Source of the DNA: Blasia pusilla
Lineage: Eukaryota
Length of the DNA: 64,000 bases
Assembly (NCBI GenBank): GCA_050084515.1
Contig: CM114271.1
Coordinates: 32,240,001-32,304,000 of the forward strand
Reading direction: 5' to 3'
A program made the translations under genes and the position numbers. The notes beneath the pieces were generated by a model, which worked only from the letters and a program-made list of their open reading frames with translations, searched no databases and had not been told where the DNA came from. Positions 50,963 through 64,000 of the stretch are shown here, in pieces. Position 1 is the first letter of the stretch. Every line of letters begins with the position of its first letter.

Positions 50963-51102
50963 TGTATGTTGTGCGGATCTGTGAGGGGTGCAGCCACCAT
51001 GTTGGTATGTGATGGTTGTTCTCAAGGGTGCCATATGTCATGTCTGAGCCCCCTCTTGATGTGGTTCTCACGGGACGATGGATGTGTCCGATATGTGTAT
51101 AG
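50963..51102 (+). other. PHD finger (C4HC3) at the C-terminus of the copy B integrase
   Basis: CMLC...MLVCDGC...HMSCLSP, then after a 1-nt shift in a C run, PLDVVLTGRWMCPICV-stop. Confidence 0.88.
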
Positions 51103-53719
51103 GGTGGAACTCGGGAGAGGCTGCCAGAGCCGAGCCTTGACCGCTCGTTGATCATCGAACGGTACAAAATCCGCCACGGTATGACGATTCCGTCGAGGAA
51201 ACATATATTCCCGTGACCTCCCGCGTTGCTGGACGACGTTTCCTGGGGACAATACGGGCCGCGGATCTCCAATCTTGGGGCGAGCGAGCGAACGAACTAG
51301 CTGGCCGCCAGCATTTCCCGGTAATCGTCCCTCCTCCAGACTTGTAGTAAGTCGAGGCATCTCCACCGGAGGCCACAGGTAGCCGCGGTCTCGTGTTTGA
51401 GGGCCGACTCCCACGGGCCCCAGCACTCACTCCGATCGGTATAGCACATGCATGTGGATCTTAAACGAGAGAACTTCTTAATACTTGTGGGATTTGTGAA
51501 AGCTTTAAGGCCCATGAGTGGATGAGTTCTCTCCCTTGCAAACATGTTACCTCCTTCAAATCCGCAAAGAACCGGCTAAGGTGGAAGTTTCTTCTTTTCA
51601 GTCAGGGAAGTAGGCATGCGAACCTGCCTCTTGGTGCGGTAGGCGACCTGGTGAAACCCGGCGATGCTATGTATGGGTCGGCGGCTGAGCAAATCCGCAC
51701 TCTGTCCTCGCTCCGTGCTGTCACGCCTGCAGCTCTACATTCTCAAACAATATCTTCAATATGGGAGGCACTTCATCTATCTTCGTACAGACCAAACTTG
51801 TTGGTTTAACCCGATAAGTTAAGTGATACTTCCTCAAGTTTCTAGCAGACTCGATCACTGTAGTTTGTCTTCGAAAGTCTGAACAAGTCCTGTGTTGCAG
51901 TCATCATCGCCATTTACCAACTTTCGACAAACTACGCCAGGGCAGCAACCTTTGAGCGTCCCTACTTTCCAAGCATTCCAGCCAAGTATTTGTCTCATCA
52001 TCCTTCAAATTTCACGTTTAGTAGTAGCCGAGATTGTCCACTCGTCTGAAAGCGAGACAATGGATGGACTTTGGTACCGCTCACAATTCCTCTTGGCGTA
52101 CTCATTTGACACTTTGACACCATCCAATGAGACTCACTAAACTCTTCTCATCGTCATGGTTTTCTGAATTAGGAAATGTATCAAAGTTGCTACCCAATTC
52201 TTCAAAATGTAAGGGGAGTGGCTTCTTAATTCGCAGTGCTCGTGTTGTGGCACCGACGAACGAAAGAGAGATGAGTTGTTGTTGCTGTTGCCGATGATGA
52301 TGATGATGAGAGTTTGATCGAGAGAAACGAGTCATGGAGTGTCGGGCTCCGTGAAGGATCAGATCGAACCCATCGCCGCAGCATTTTATCAACTGGCAGA
52401 TCGAGAGGAGAGGACGAGTGCGCAGCCGGCCTGAACAAAGAGAGCGGAGACAGTCGGTTCATGCGCGAAAAGACAAAAGCGACGGCTATTGTTGGGAGGG
52501 AAGCTAGAGGACACATTTTCTTGTCGGCTCCGAGGTGCTCTCTCTGAAGCAAGCGAGAGGTATGCTGGGACGGGATCGATCCCCACAAGAATTCCTGCTC
52601 CACTTCCGTCACAAACTCTTCACTGAGATTTTGAAGCTTCTATGAGGATTCTTGCAGAGGTGAGCTCGCAAAAATCATGACTTCCTATATTGTGTGCTAT
52701 CTCTGGATTGCATGTTGAACGCATTGCTGTTGGGAATTCGGTCGTATTCCCGAAGACGTTCCTAGCATGTTTGGCAGTTGGTCCATTTTTCAGGTATTGT
52801 CCTAGGCACTTCTTTAATCAATATTCATTAGAAACCTTGTGGGTAATATTGTGACTTCTGTTGATTTCCAATCAGTAAGCTTTGCGCGAATATTGCCCAT
52901 GTGGGTTGCATGTGTGTCACCCGCGAATATTGCTCATACTCATAGGGTTAGACTGTAGCTTTGGTCTCGTTCAAAGCAATAATTACAAGGTTTTGGTGCG
53001 TTGTTTTCAGGGCTTTCAATTGAAGGGTTATTGCGAGGGGAGTACGTGTAGAGACAGTGCTTTGTCGGATCTACTTATATACATAGTGCCCTTCCGATTC
53101 CCATCAGGCACTTTTGGCACAGTTGATATGCTACTAGCACTTCATGCGTGTTGCTAGCTATGGGGAGTGTGACAATCGTTGCGTGATTCATTAGTGTGGA
53201 CTCGGAGCTCCGTCGGACAACTTGAAAGTTCAACATTTATACCTCATGTCTATATGATGTAATCGAAAGTCCCACAATGTTAAAGTCATAACAAATAACG
53301 CGTAATCCGATCTATCACTCAGCGTAGTGTTATAGTGGACGCTGGCAAGATAAATAGCCTTCATAAACTTTGCTCCACTTTGGAGCCTCTTCCTAGGAGA
53401 GTGGTAATGCTTCTTGCACAATCTTCATGTACTTTTTCCTTTTGCAGTTTGACTATATGGGGGTTCTTGGAGCTTATGTGATTTTGAAAACTCATGTGGA
53501 AAAGAGAATGTTCATCATCCAACACAATTTTTTCTCTTTTCCTATTTGAGAATTTAACGTGAAATGTAGATAGACATGTTTTGTTGTTACTGATCAAATT
53601 TGTCTCTACTAGGTTAGACTTGCCTTGCACAAGAAGTTGGAGACTCAGTCTCTTAGTGGATTTGAATTAGTGTCTTCCTATATTACTAACCGGCTTGCTG
53701 CAAGGTAGTGTTCATAGCA

Positions 53720-55193
53720 ATGCTTCCATTAACGCGCTAACCTCCAATAATTATATTGCATTCCCAACAATCCATGCGTGAAGGATGTGTTCCTCAAGAT
53801 GTAATTGAACTTTCCAAAGACAAGTTCCCACTGTGGTCCTCAACCCACATCAAAATTCTGATCGCAGCCAAGAGATGTGAGATGGAAATCATGGAATTGC
53901 ATGAGCGTAAGTATCTCTTCCGGAAAGTTAAAGTGGTCCAAAGTGCCTACTTTTTTCTTGACTAATGGGGTCAACAATCCCATTCAAGACGGAAACCACT
54001 TTAAGAAAAAATGGTCAACTATTCTCAAAGAATTCAAAAAGGTAGACGAGTGGGAGAGGAAGGAAAAAAAAGTGGCGAGATGGGTTACTACGACATGGAT
54101 TGATCTCGTCGTAAGAAGAATGACTTGCACGTTAACTTCAATGAGGAGTTGTATAAAGACATGGAGTCCTGGCTCCCTAGACATCAAGATATCAATCCTG
54201 AGGATGGTGATGTATGTCCATTTGATATTGGACTCCTCCTAGTTGCCAATTTATTTCACTTGCCAGGTATGTGAATAAAAAAATGATATTTTAGTATTAT
54301 CATTTCATAAATATATGTTATTTTCTATGCTCCTCTAATATCTCCTCTTATTTAATGGTAGACAAGGATGGATATCATCAAGATGGAAGTGAAACTTGTG
54401 AAACCAAAGACGATCAACCACATCATGCAAGCACCACTCCATGTATGTAGTAATCTATCCTTCCTCTTTTTCTTCTAATGTCTTCACTTCTTGCACATCT
54501 AATTACTTCCTCACGATTACTGAATGTTGGTGGATGTATCGAATCATGGAGCTCAAGGAGATGCTTGTGAAGAGCCACATGAAACAAGTTCACCCACAAG
54601 CCGAACTTGGGGTGAGTGTATTTCCATAAATTAATTATGTGTACCATGGGAAAATATTTTTTAATTATAGCTCTCTTAACACTTCCATTTTCTGTAGATG
54701 CTTTTGGAGACCACCAATAAGAAAGGAAGAATAGCTTCATGGAGGAATTAAATAGCAGTGATGGCTCTTCAAGACATCAAGGTATTTTCACTTCAATATT
54801 TCAATTCAAGCCTTTTGAATGTTGTGATACCTTTTGCATACATGTTGCTAATAACTTGCTATGTTTCAAGACACACATGTCTTTCGCATGTATGTTACCA
54901 ATAACTTGCTATGTCATGTTTTGGTTTCAGCGACCACACCGAGTAAAGTTGAAGGAGTTTGGTCAGATTCCCCTCCAGAGCCTCCTAAGAAAAGGAAGAC
55001 AAGCCTTGGTTGTGGGATAAAGGGCAAAAAACAAAAGAACTCAACAAATGCAGCTCATGATGTCGTCACCAAGGACTTGATTGAAGTGATAAAGGACGGA
55101 CAAGACAAGCAGGCTGAAAGTATGAAAGCACTTGTAGAAATATTTGCAATATATCTTCAAAGTAGGAAATCTCGAATAATGAAGGTATTATAG
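53720..55193 (+). pseudogene. Myb/SANT (trihelix-like) ORF of a PIF/Harbinger transposon, spliced and decayed
   Basis: WSSTHIKILIAAKR...KKKWSTILKEFKKVDEWE, a basic NLS-like PPKKRK, several GT-AG intron-like gaps, and convergent orientation to a Harbinger transposase. Confidence 0.7.
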
Positions 55194-55254
55194 ACTGAAA
55201 GTTTTACTCACGCATTGAGTCATATCCTACATACATCATCTTGATATGTACTCA

Positions 55255-56478
55255 AATTGTGGCACTAGATGGTTGAGAAGAGCATCTCGGTTAGCTCTTC
55301 CATCGATCAGTTGTGGCTATGTTGCTTGGTACAAAACTTTGAAATGGAGGAGGATGAGGTCTTGCGGTCCTATAAAGTGTATGAGGTGTATGATCTTGTC
55401 TATCAATCAAGGTGTTGTGCAAGATACAACAAGCTACAATCATCTTTGGTAATTGCTCCAAGTTTAGATGATAAATGTATCAGTTGAGTATGTGCCATGT
55501 TCCTTTGAATCGTCCAAAAGCTCTCTCCACACACATACGCATGGAAGAATGGAGATAATTCCATGCCTCTTTTCAACCACTTACTCTTGGATAAGGGACA
55601 ATGAGCCAAGGTAATAACGGATATCCTACATCACCAATGATATACTCTCGAATGCACTTGTTGTATCTCAATGGAACTGAAGGACCAATCAACTACCTTT
55701 CTCCTTGAATTGCTTTCTTGTATAGTTCAGAATTGTCGTGTATCATGAGCACAAGGTGGATACCCTGCAAATTAAATACATCTAAGAATCGCAACTCTGA
55801 ATCAACAACAACTTGCATGGCACATGTGTAAGATTTACTCTTATGACTATACCATGATGTAGCATTTGAACTTGTTGCTAAGTCTATGAGAAAATGAGTG
55901 GTATCTATTGCACAACAACAATTGAGGAATCCATATTGTGTTTCAAAGCCCGCTTTGACTCTTTCTAATCATGCTCCACTCACAACTCCATGAGCCACTT
56001 CCACAAGGGCCTCAATTACTCTATGGACAACTCTAGCGATAGTGGAGTGTCCAAGACCAAAGAGTTCTCCAATCCCCAACAATTGATCACCTATGGCAAG
56101 ACGACATAAAGTGATTGCTATTTGTCTCTCAACACTTAGCAATCCATTTGGTAGTTGTTGCAGTGTTGTTGGAGGGTTTGTATTCAATAGAGCTCTCAAA
56201 ATATCACAAAGCAAATTGAACGTCCGAATGGAAATTTGGAAAAACTCTTTGAAACGCAAGGGATTGTCTCTCTGCACAATGTCGTCATCAATAAAGAGAG
56301 TTGTAAACCCCAAAGACCTTGGTTTTATATACCAAAGACCCATCCTAGAATATGAGGAAGTCTTTGCCCTATTCAACAAGTGTAAACATAAGAGAGTATG
56401 AAGTGTGCAAGTGGAAATCATTTGAGATAGCACAAGCATTATAGAAAGGCACATAGCTAAGTCAAAATAATCATCCAT
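55255..56478 (-). pseudogene. PIF/Harbinger DDE transposase (decayed)
   Basis: FKEFF..TFNLLC, LSVERQIAITL, IGELFGLGHSTI, CAIDTTH, IGDVGYPLLPWL, CILHN and RDALLNHL. TIRs were not located. Confidence 0.85.
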
Positions 56479-57597
56479 GGTAATGGAAGGTAAGTAAGAG
56501 GAGAAGGTAAGAAGACACCACAAGTAGAGGGTATGGAAGAAGAAGAGAAAAACTAAAATGTGAAGAAAGGCGTGACCCGAGAAGGAAGAGAAGGGGCGTG
56601 AGGAGTGGCATGCACGGATGGGTAAATAGTGAGGGGCTCGCACACCTATATAGTACTTGGGCTTAATGTTCTAAACTTAACTTAGTTTTCAGTTGTTTTA
56701 GTTAGGAAATTTTTTGTTGGGCTTAACATTCTCAATTCAATTTTGATTTTGGTTGTTTTAGTTGGGAAAAGAATTGTTGTGAGTAACTATAAGTTGTAGG
56801 TGGTTTTATTTGGAAGGTGTCTTCTAAAGTCTATATAATCAGCATGTTGTTCTTGATCATGAAGGTCAGGTCTGAAATCTGTCCAGAAAATACTTCTCAC
56901 ACATACTCCAACCCGAATCAAGGAGATTCGCAACGACTAGTGCTCATCTATGTTGGAGTCTTCATAGATGTTCTCAAACACTCCAGAGTGCGTGTCCTCA
57001 AACACTCTCAATGGAACTTCTAGAAATTAAACCTCGAATTGCTTCAACACTCGTGCACATCATGGTGTGTCCAAGAAATGTATTTATTATTGTCAAGCTT
57101 GGCTTCAACCTCTAAAATGTGGCTAATCCATCCAACGTTGGAGTCCTTCGACCTGTTAAGATTGAAGGTTTAGTGAAGTTGAACCATTTGCATGTTTATT
57201 TATTGTTGAAAGGGTGTGGAGTTTTTACTAGACACTGTTGCAATTGTAACTTGTAAAGCAATTGCGCGAGTTCCTTGATTGTTGTTGGTTGATCGAGTCA
57301 AAGATTGACATTCTGTAAGCTTGCAGCAACAATGCTAGCGAGAGTTCACAATTGAAGAAATTGAGTTCTTTGGTTTGGTTTTGGCCAAACACCTAGTGTT
57401 TTGGAGCTCGGATTTTCAATTGAAATGTCTTGGTCATGGAGCCACCACGCTCTCATCTGGATTTGTGCTCCATAGTGTCCACGACTTTCACTCATCTATA
57501 GAAAACATGATTCAATCTCATTTCTTGAAATCGGTTAAGTTCCATTTCCGGAACTGTAGAAGAAATAGTGGTTAAGAGAGAGAGGGGGCAAGAGGCA

Positions 57598-57828
57598 TTT
57601 CATTTTTGGATCTTGTACACTTTGATTCCAGACTAACTTACTACTTTACATTATCAATAAGTGTGGATTCATAATGAGGTGGAAATCAGGGATGGACATC
57701 CGTAGAGAGAGAGGAACCGAGAGACGTTTCATTTTTTGATCTTGGACACTTTGATTCTAGACTAATTTATATAATCAATAAGTCTATATTCGCAATGAGG
57801 TGGAGATCAGGGGCGGACATTTGCAGAG
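57598..57828. repeat. Diverged direct repeat, two units of about 130-bp period
   Basis: CATTTTT.GATCTTG.ACACTTTGATTC.AGACTAA...AATGAGGTGGA.ATCAGGG occurs at about 57601 and 57730. Confidence 0.8.
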
Positions 57829-58205
57829 GTAAGAGCAACATAAGTCATGTTGGTTCCGAAATTGTAGAACTTCTCTACTGCAGAATCAGCTGAAAATAGA
57901 CAGAGTGAGGGGTTGTTGCGGATTTAGTTGTTGGATTGTTTGTGTTTATGAGAGAGAGGAAGTCTTCCTCTTTCCAATTGGGTCTTTTGTGCCATAGCCC
58001 CACATTTTCGAGGAGGAATTTGGGACTCTTTTTTTGTTGTTGTGCGTTGTGTATTGGGTGTCATGGACACAGTAATGAGATGGAGATCACGAAGCAAGTA
58101 ATCAAGTGGAGATCATGGAGCCAACAAGGGCAGAATGGAGAATTAACCGTGGATTGTAGAGAAGATATTGTTGCAAATTTAGCTCTCGGAATCTTTTTGT
58201 TTGTG

Positions 58206-58389
<184 letters not shown>

Positions 58390-58445
58390 TTCCTCTTTCC
58401 AATTGAACTCATTAATGGAATCTTTGTTTTTTCCGTGGGTTGGAG

Positions 58446-58813
58446 TAGCACCCTAGTCCTATCTCACACACATACAAGAGAGGTGCTCCAACGGCCCAAC
58501 ATAAGAAAGATGGCTTAGGAAAGCCATCTTCCTCTCTTATATAGGATTAGGAAGAGCCAAAAGGCTCTTCCCCTAAAAATAGCTATCCCCTTGGTAACTT
58601 ACGCGCACACGTTACCAGGGGCGGGTGACTTGGTCAACAAGTCACCTGGCTGTGAAAGACCTCAACAGGAAAGTTGTCAGAAATGACGTTTCTGACACAA
58701 TGGACCTATCCTCAACTTCATCCGATAGCGTGGGACAACATTACACTCAACATAGTCTGTTGGCTCCTACGCCCTATCCACGATAGATCTCGGCCTATTG
58801 GCTACACAGATGT
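58446..58813 (-). mobile_element. Partial LTR of the MTase-gypsy family
   Basis: Matches 6350-6708 in the same orientation and is inverted relative to 30300-30675. Confidence 0.9.
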
Positions 58814-58834
58814 CGTGCGCATACATATCGCTAC

Positions 58835-61800
58835 AAATGGTAAATGGAAAATAGATCAAGCCCGTGGGACCCAAAGGGTCAAAAAGCTAAAAAACACATT
58901 ACAAGTCATTCATTCAATGACCCAGAAAAATATCCTAAGGACTTTCTCCTAGCTATTGCCTAAAGCACTTGAGCGATGAATAATGACGTCCCTAATATAA
59001 CAACCTAAATCATAAGGCACTAGCTTTAGTAAAGAATAGAAATTCTCCATGTCTATTTTATGAGCTAGTCTAATCTCTTCATACCTTGGACATGTAACAA
59101 ACACATGCTCTTCATCCTCAATATTTTCTCCGTCATATAACCTACAAATTCGTTCACTCTATCAATATTAAACCATCATCCTTCCTCAATTCCTAGCCTA
59201 TGAGACCCAGTTCTATGTCGTGCGATAATATGACGTAAGAACGTGGAGATCCCCGCAAGGAGGTATTCTCGTTCATAATATACAAGCATAGGTTTAACAT
59301 GAAGTTGATAAAACTCCATTTTGGTGCCCGGGCTGCTCCAAATAATGTTGAGAAACTGCTTCTGCAGATGCTCGCGGAGTGCCATCGGTTTCAAGTCCCA
59401 ATCGCGTTCCGCCACATTCCACTTTGAAGACCAAGTCACCACATCCGCCATCCACCCTATGGAACGTGTGGCTCGCAAAGCTTGATGAGGGAGGCGAGAA
59501 ACATCAAGAGATCTCACCCTTGCAATGTAAGTGATGGTCAAGTAAAGAGCTTTAGCCTCTAGAGGAAGACAACCTGTTTCCGCAAGAAGAATAACATACA
59601 GAGTTTGGTTTCTTACACCCAATTCTCTTTGTAGAAAGATCTTTTGCACCCTCTCCACGCGCTCCCAACCTGTCTTCTTACAACTAGGACCCCAAACTTG
59701 GGTCCCATATAAGACCACCAACAACACTAAGCTCCTAAATAAGAATTTCCTAAGACTCCAAGACACAAGATGAGCTCTTCTACATTGGTTTAAAAATGAT
59801 TATAGAGCTTTGTTACCAGCTTCTACTCTCTTTTGCACGCAAAATGCCCAATTATAGTCATGAGAGAAATCGATGTCTACATATTTGTAACTCTTTACTT
59901 GTTCTAATTATAGACCTTTGTAAAAGAATGAGAATTTGGATCTAGTACCCACTATAATGACTTTAGACTTCTCCATATTAACCTCCATTTGATTTGGATA
60001 CAAAACCTTGTCAAAGTGTCGAGGTATTTTTGTAAACTAATGCCATCACGTGCTAGTAATATGATATCATCTGCATACAATAGAGCTTTGATGACAAAGT
60101 TCCCAAACTTGACACCTTCACTATCACATTCCTCCAACCACTTTTCGATATCATCTATTAAAACTCCAAATAGAGTAGGGGAGAGAGGGCAACCTTGAAT
60201 GACTCCGATGGTACTCAAGATCTCTTGAGTTTGTGAACCTTTGATCTTGGCCCGAACGGAATGGTATAACGTGGCCACGGCTGCTAGGAGATTTGGTGGT
60301 ACTCTAATGGCTTGCAGCCTATCCCATAAGAGCTTACAAGGTACAGTATCAAAACCTTTCTTGAAATCGATGAAACCGCAAAACAAAGCTTTCCCATTGC
60401 CCTTAGATTTCTCCCATAAAACACGCAAGGCCAAGATATGCTCAATGGTGTTGCATGTTGGGCGAAAACCAGCTTGGACCTGTGCTCTCTTTTGGAAAGA
60501 CTCTGTCCATATGCTCAACTTTGACTCCACCAATTTCCCAAACAGCTTAGCAAAAACACTACCCACCATGATAGTGCGATAGTTTGTCACCAAGTCCTTC
60601 CTTCCTGATTTGTGAATAGGAACAATCTCCCGTAGCGACCAAGTAGAAGGAAAACCATAGATAGCAGCATCACCCAATACTTAGGTGAAGATCAGTCGAA
60701 TAGAATCTTGTCCCCACTTGAAAAGTTCAATAGAAAAACCATCCAAATCCTCACATTTACCATTTGCTAATCTTCTTAGTTGAGTCATCACCTCTGCTTC
60801 AGAGAATAAGCCAGGTATTCCTTCACAACGTGGCATAGATGTAGCATCGGGGAAAAAATAAAGCTCTTCGGCAAAAGATATCAAAGACTTGAGATCAAGA
60901 GTAGGTTTTGACTCCAAAATGATTTGGGGTCGTCATGTAGCTCCCTTCCCTTGTCAAGGACTCTTGCTTCCGCCATAAGAAAGCTCGTTTCTTAGATTTC
61001 ACCAAGTATTTGTAAAGGATCGTCATAATAAGCCGACTTTGGATATCTAAAGATTTATCTATTGATCTTGCCCTTGCTTGCTTGCATTCAGAGTCAAACC
61101 ACCCATTATAAGACAACCTCCTACCACTTTTGTCTCTGTGCCGCGAAAATAACTTAGATGCAGTATTTTTGAGCAATTCGGTTAGTTGCAAACTTGCTGT
61201 GTGTGGATCTGGGCTCCATACAATACGAGTCAAGAGTTCTTGTAAATTTAGCGTATAGAGATCTTTTTTACCAAGATCTAAGCGAAACTTGGGAGAAGCT
61301 AAAACATATTGACATGTCGAGAGAGGAATTGCCTTTGACAATGAGAGAGTAAACAAAAGAGATGCGTGATCTGATTCAAGCTGAGGTTCTAGAATATCAA
61401 ATGTAGAGATAAGAGAGCTATTAGCGGGCGAGGACAGAAGATAATCGATGGTGCTAGCGCCGGTAGAGGAGAAACACGTATTGGAGTGAGAATTGGGAAA
61501 ATGAGAGGTTCAATTAAGAACTTTCAAATTACAAGTGGCTCCGAAAGTTAAAAAATGCTCTGTCAAAGGATTTGTAGAAAGATCTGAAGAGATTCTAGAC
61601 CATAAACCATCCTCATGTTCTTCAAGAAGAGGAGAAGTCAAGGAATCACTGAATTGGGTAAATTGAGCAGTACGTGTGCGAGCATTGAAATCCCCAACTA
61701 GAAAGACTTCACCTTTGCTTTGATATTTGAGAACATCCCCAATAAGTCGATGGAACGGTTGACTTTGATTGTAAGTGCATGTTGAGTAGATAGATATGGA

Positions 61801-64000
61801 TAGTGGTGCAAAATAACAAAGTGCCAAATAACAATAAGATCCCCCAACCAAAGCAAGACGTAGCCAATGATATTGGCCCTCGATATCTTGATCTTCTAGA
61901 TGTATGAGAGGTAGAAATTGAGACCTGATGAAAGTAGCAATAGTGCCATAACCCCTTCTTGTCCGTTGTCTTCTTTGGTTCCATGTCGATCCTACCAAAG
62001 TAAACCCTTGCATCTCTACAATAATATTGCTCTCATGTTCCCAAGTCTCCACGATATTGATGATGTCCGCCATCTCCCAAATTGGTAGAGCACTCACATA
62101 CTTTGTTGTTGAAAGGCCTCGTACATTCCACATCAACACTCTCAGCTTCTTGGATTGCTAGGTTGATAACTCTCTTTTTCTCTAGGTAACAATTGTTCGA
62201 CCATCGCGTAAATAAGCAATAAAACCTGCTTCTTGAGCCTCTTTGACCTTTGCAAGCTCCTTTCTCCTAGCTTCGACTTGTAGAAGTGTAAGATCAGGAT
62301 CCAACCATATCCTACGTCCTTTGAGAATGGCCTTGTTAGCCATAGCAGTATCACGTTTAGTTTGATCAACAAACTTAACTAGAATGGCACGAGGTTGTGT
62401 TCCCATTTTCCCAATACAAAAATCTTAAACCAAGTCCGGGTTATGAACATGAAGTGTATCAACCAAGAACTTGGTGACGACACTCTTCACCTCTTCGCTC
62501 TCTGTTTCTGGCAAACTTGAGATTCTCACATTCTTTCTATGGGCAAATTGGTTTTCCTGTTCTATCTCTTGCTCTTGATAGAAAGAGATATGAGGAACCT
62601 TTGTACCTTCAGCATAAGATTTCATTTTCACTTCTAACGTTTCAACAACCTCATGCAATCTTGAACTATTGGGAGTAGTCACTAATGATGATGCCTTCTC
62701 TTGAACATCCGCAACAGATTTGGAAAGATCGAGCATCACACTAGAACTATCTTTCAACACTTTCTTCAAAACGTCTTGCGTTGCCTTTAACTCTCGGATT
62801 TGAATATGTGCAAGGTTTAATTGAGAATTTTTTACCTTGAATTCTTATTGAAGCTCTTTCAATTCATGCAAGACCACTTGCACTAGATTCAAGATTTCCT
62901 CTTGAGTAGTCATCATGTAGTCGACTTCACTACATCCCAGATATTGCACGACCTCCACTCAAGTATAACCAAATCTCCAACACCACACAACTTCTGCTCA
63001 AGAAATTGGTTATAATTGAAATTCGTAGGACTAGGGCGCCTCTTAAAATCTCAACTTCATATGACACTCTACCTCAAAAATATGGCCTCAGCAAGATTCA
63101 GATCTGAAATCCAAAAATCTACAAAAGTAGAAACTCAAATATCTCACAACTTCGTCTCTGTGACTCGGTTGTGCTTGCAATTTTGAGGGCTAAGGCGCCT
63201 TCTTACACTCCACATTACCTAAAAATCTCAGTTTCATATGACACTTTGCCTCCAAGATATGGCCTCCGCAAAATTTAAATCTGAAATCATAAAATCTAGA
63301 AGAGCAAAAATTTAAATCTCTCACAACTTCATGTTTGTAACTCTGTTGTGCTTGCAATTTTTAGTGCTATGGAAAATCTTTACATTCCACATTGCCTCAA
63401 AATATGAGCTTCATATAACACTCCACCTCAAAGATATGGCCTCCGCAAGATTCAAATATGAAATCATGAAATCTAGAAGAGCAAAAAATTAAATCTCTCA
63501 CAACTTTGTCTCTGTAACTTGGTTGTTCTTGAAATTTTAAGGACTAAAGAGAATTTTTATAGTTCATGTTGCCTAGAAATCTCAGCTTCATATGACACTC
63601 CACCTCAAAGATATGGCTTCCGCAAGATTCAGATCTAAAATCCTGAAATTTACAAGAGTAGAAACTCAAATCTCTCACAAGTTCATGTTTGTAACTTGGT
63701 TGTGCTTGTAATTTTGAAAGCTAGGGCGCCTCTTTACATTCCACGCTGCTTCAAAATCTCGACTTCATATTACATTCCACCTTAAAGATATGGCCTCCGC
63801 AAGATTCAGATCTGAAATCATGAAATCTAGAAGAGCAGAAACTCAAATCTCTCACAACTTCGTCTTTGTAACTCGATTGTGCTTGCAATTTTTAAAGCTA
63901 GGGCACCTCCTTACACTCCGCATTTCCTCAAAATGTTAGCTTAATATTACAGTCTATCTTAAAGATATGGCCTCCGTAAGATTCAGATCTAAAATCATGA
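58835..64000 (-). mobile_element. RTE-X-like LINE, copy 3 (5' monomer array runs off the window)
   Basis: ORF1 about 62917-62180, APE 61510-62139, RT 59952-60677, and the same 3' hairpin and tail as copies 1 and 2. Confidence 0.95.
62990..64000 (-). repeat. 177-bp tandem array, nearly 6 units visible, more diverged and AT-rich than in copy 2
   Basis: AGATTCAGATCT.AAATC variants recur at about 63094, 63271, 63448, 63625, 63802 and 63979. Confidence 0.93.

Larger units (their letters stand above)
30298..51102 (+). mobile_element. MTase-carrying Ty3/gypsy, copy B (own sequence 30298-35425 and 47650-51102; no 3' LTR found)
   Basis: LTR, gag (about 32185-33400), protease region, C5-MTase, RT (48041-48808), RNaseH (49139-49600), integrase (49791-50414) and PHD finger. 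The two halves join seamlessly when compared with copy A. Confidence 0.92.

Noticed and set aside
53300-57500. Terminal inverted repeats and TAA/TTA target duplication for the Harbinger element
   Set aside because: I could not find a convincing pair by eye, so the element boundaries are not called.

Overview
This is eukaryotic land-plant DNA. The SERK protein suggests a bryophyte, probably a moss, but that is an inference. There is one intact host gene, an 11-exon SERK/BAK1-type LRR receptor kinase (15783-21734, +), surrounded by nested transposons. The most notable feature is a Ty3/gypsy LTR-retrotransposon family, present as two long copies (A: <1-6712 minus; B: 30298-51102 plus) and several relics. 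Its polyprotein reads gag - protease - DNMT3-like C5 cytosine methyltransferase - RT - RNaseH - integrase - PHD finger. Copy B sits inside a copia element and is itself interrupted, within the methyltransferase domain, by a chromodomain-bearing (Galadriel-like) gypsy, which in turn contains a full-length RTE-X-like LINE. The LINE family has three copies, 177-bp tandem 5' monomers, a 3' stem-loop and a (CATTTAC-like) tail. Also present are a Helitron relic upstream of SERK, a decayed PIF/Harbinger element, and a long (GA)n tract. All calls come from reading motifs by eye; no searches were run.
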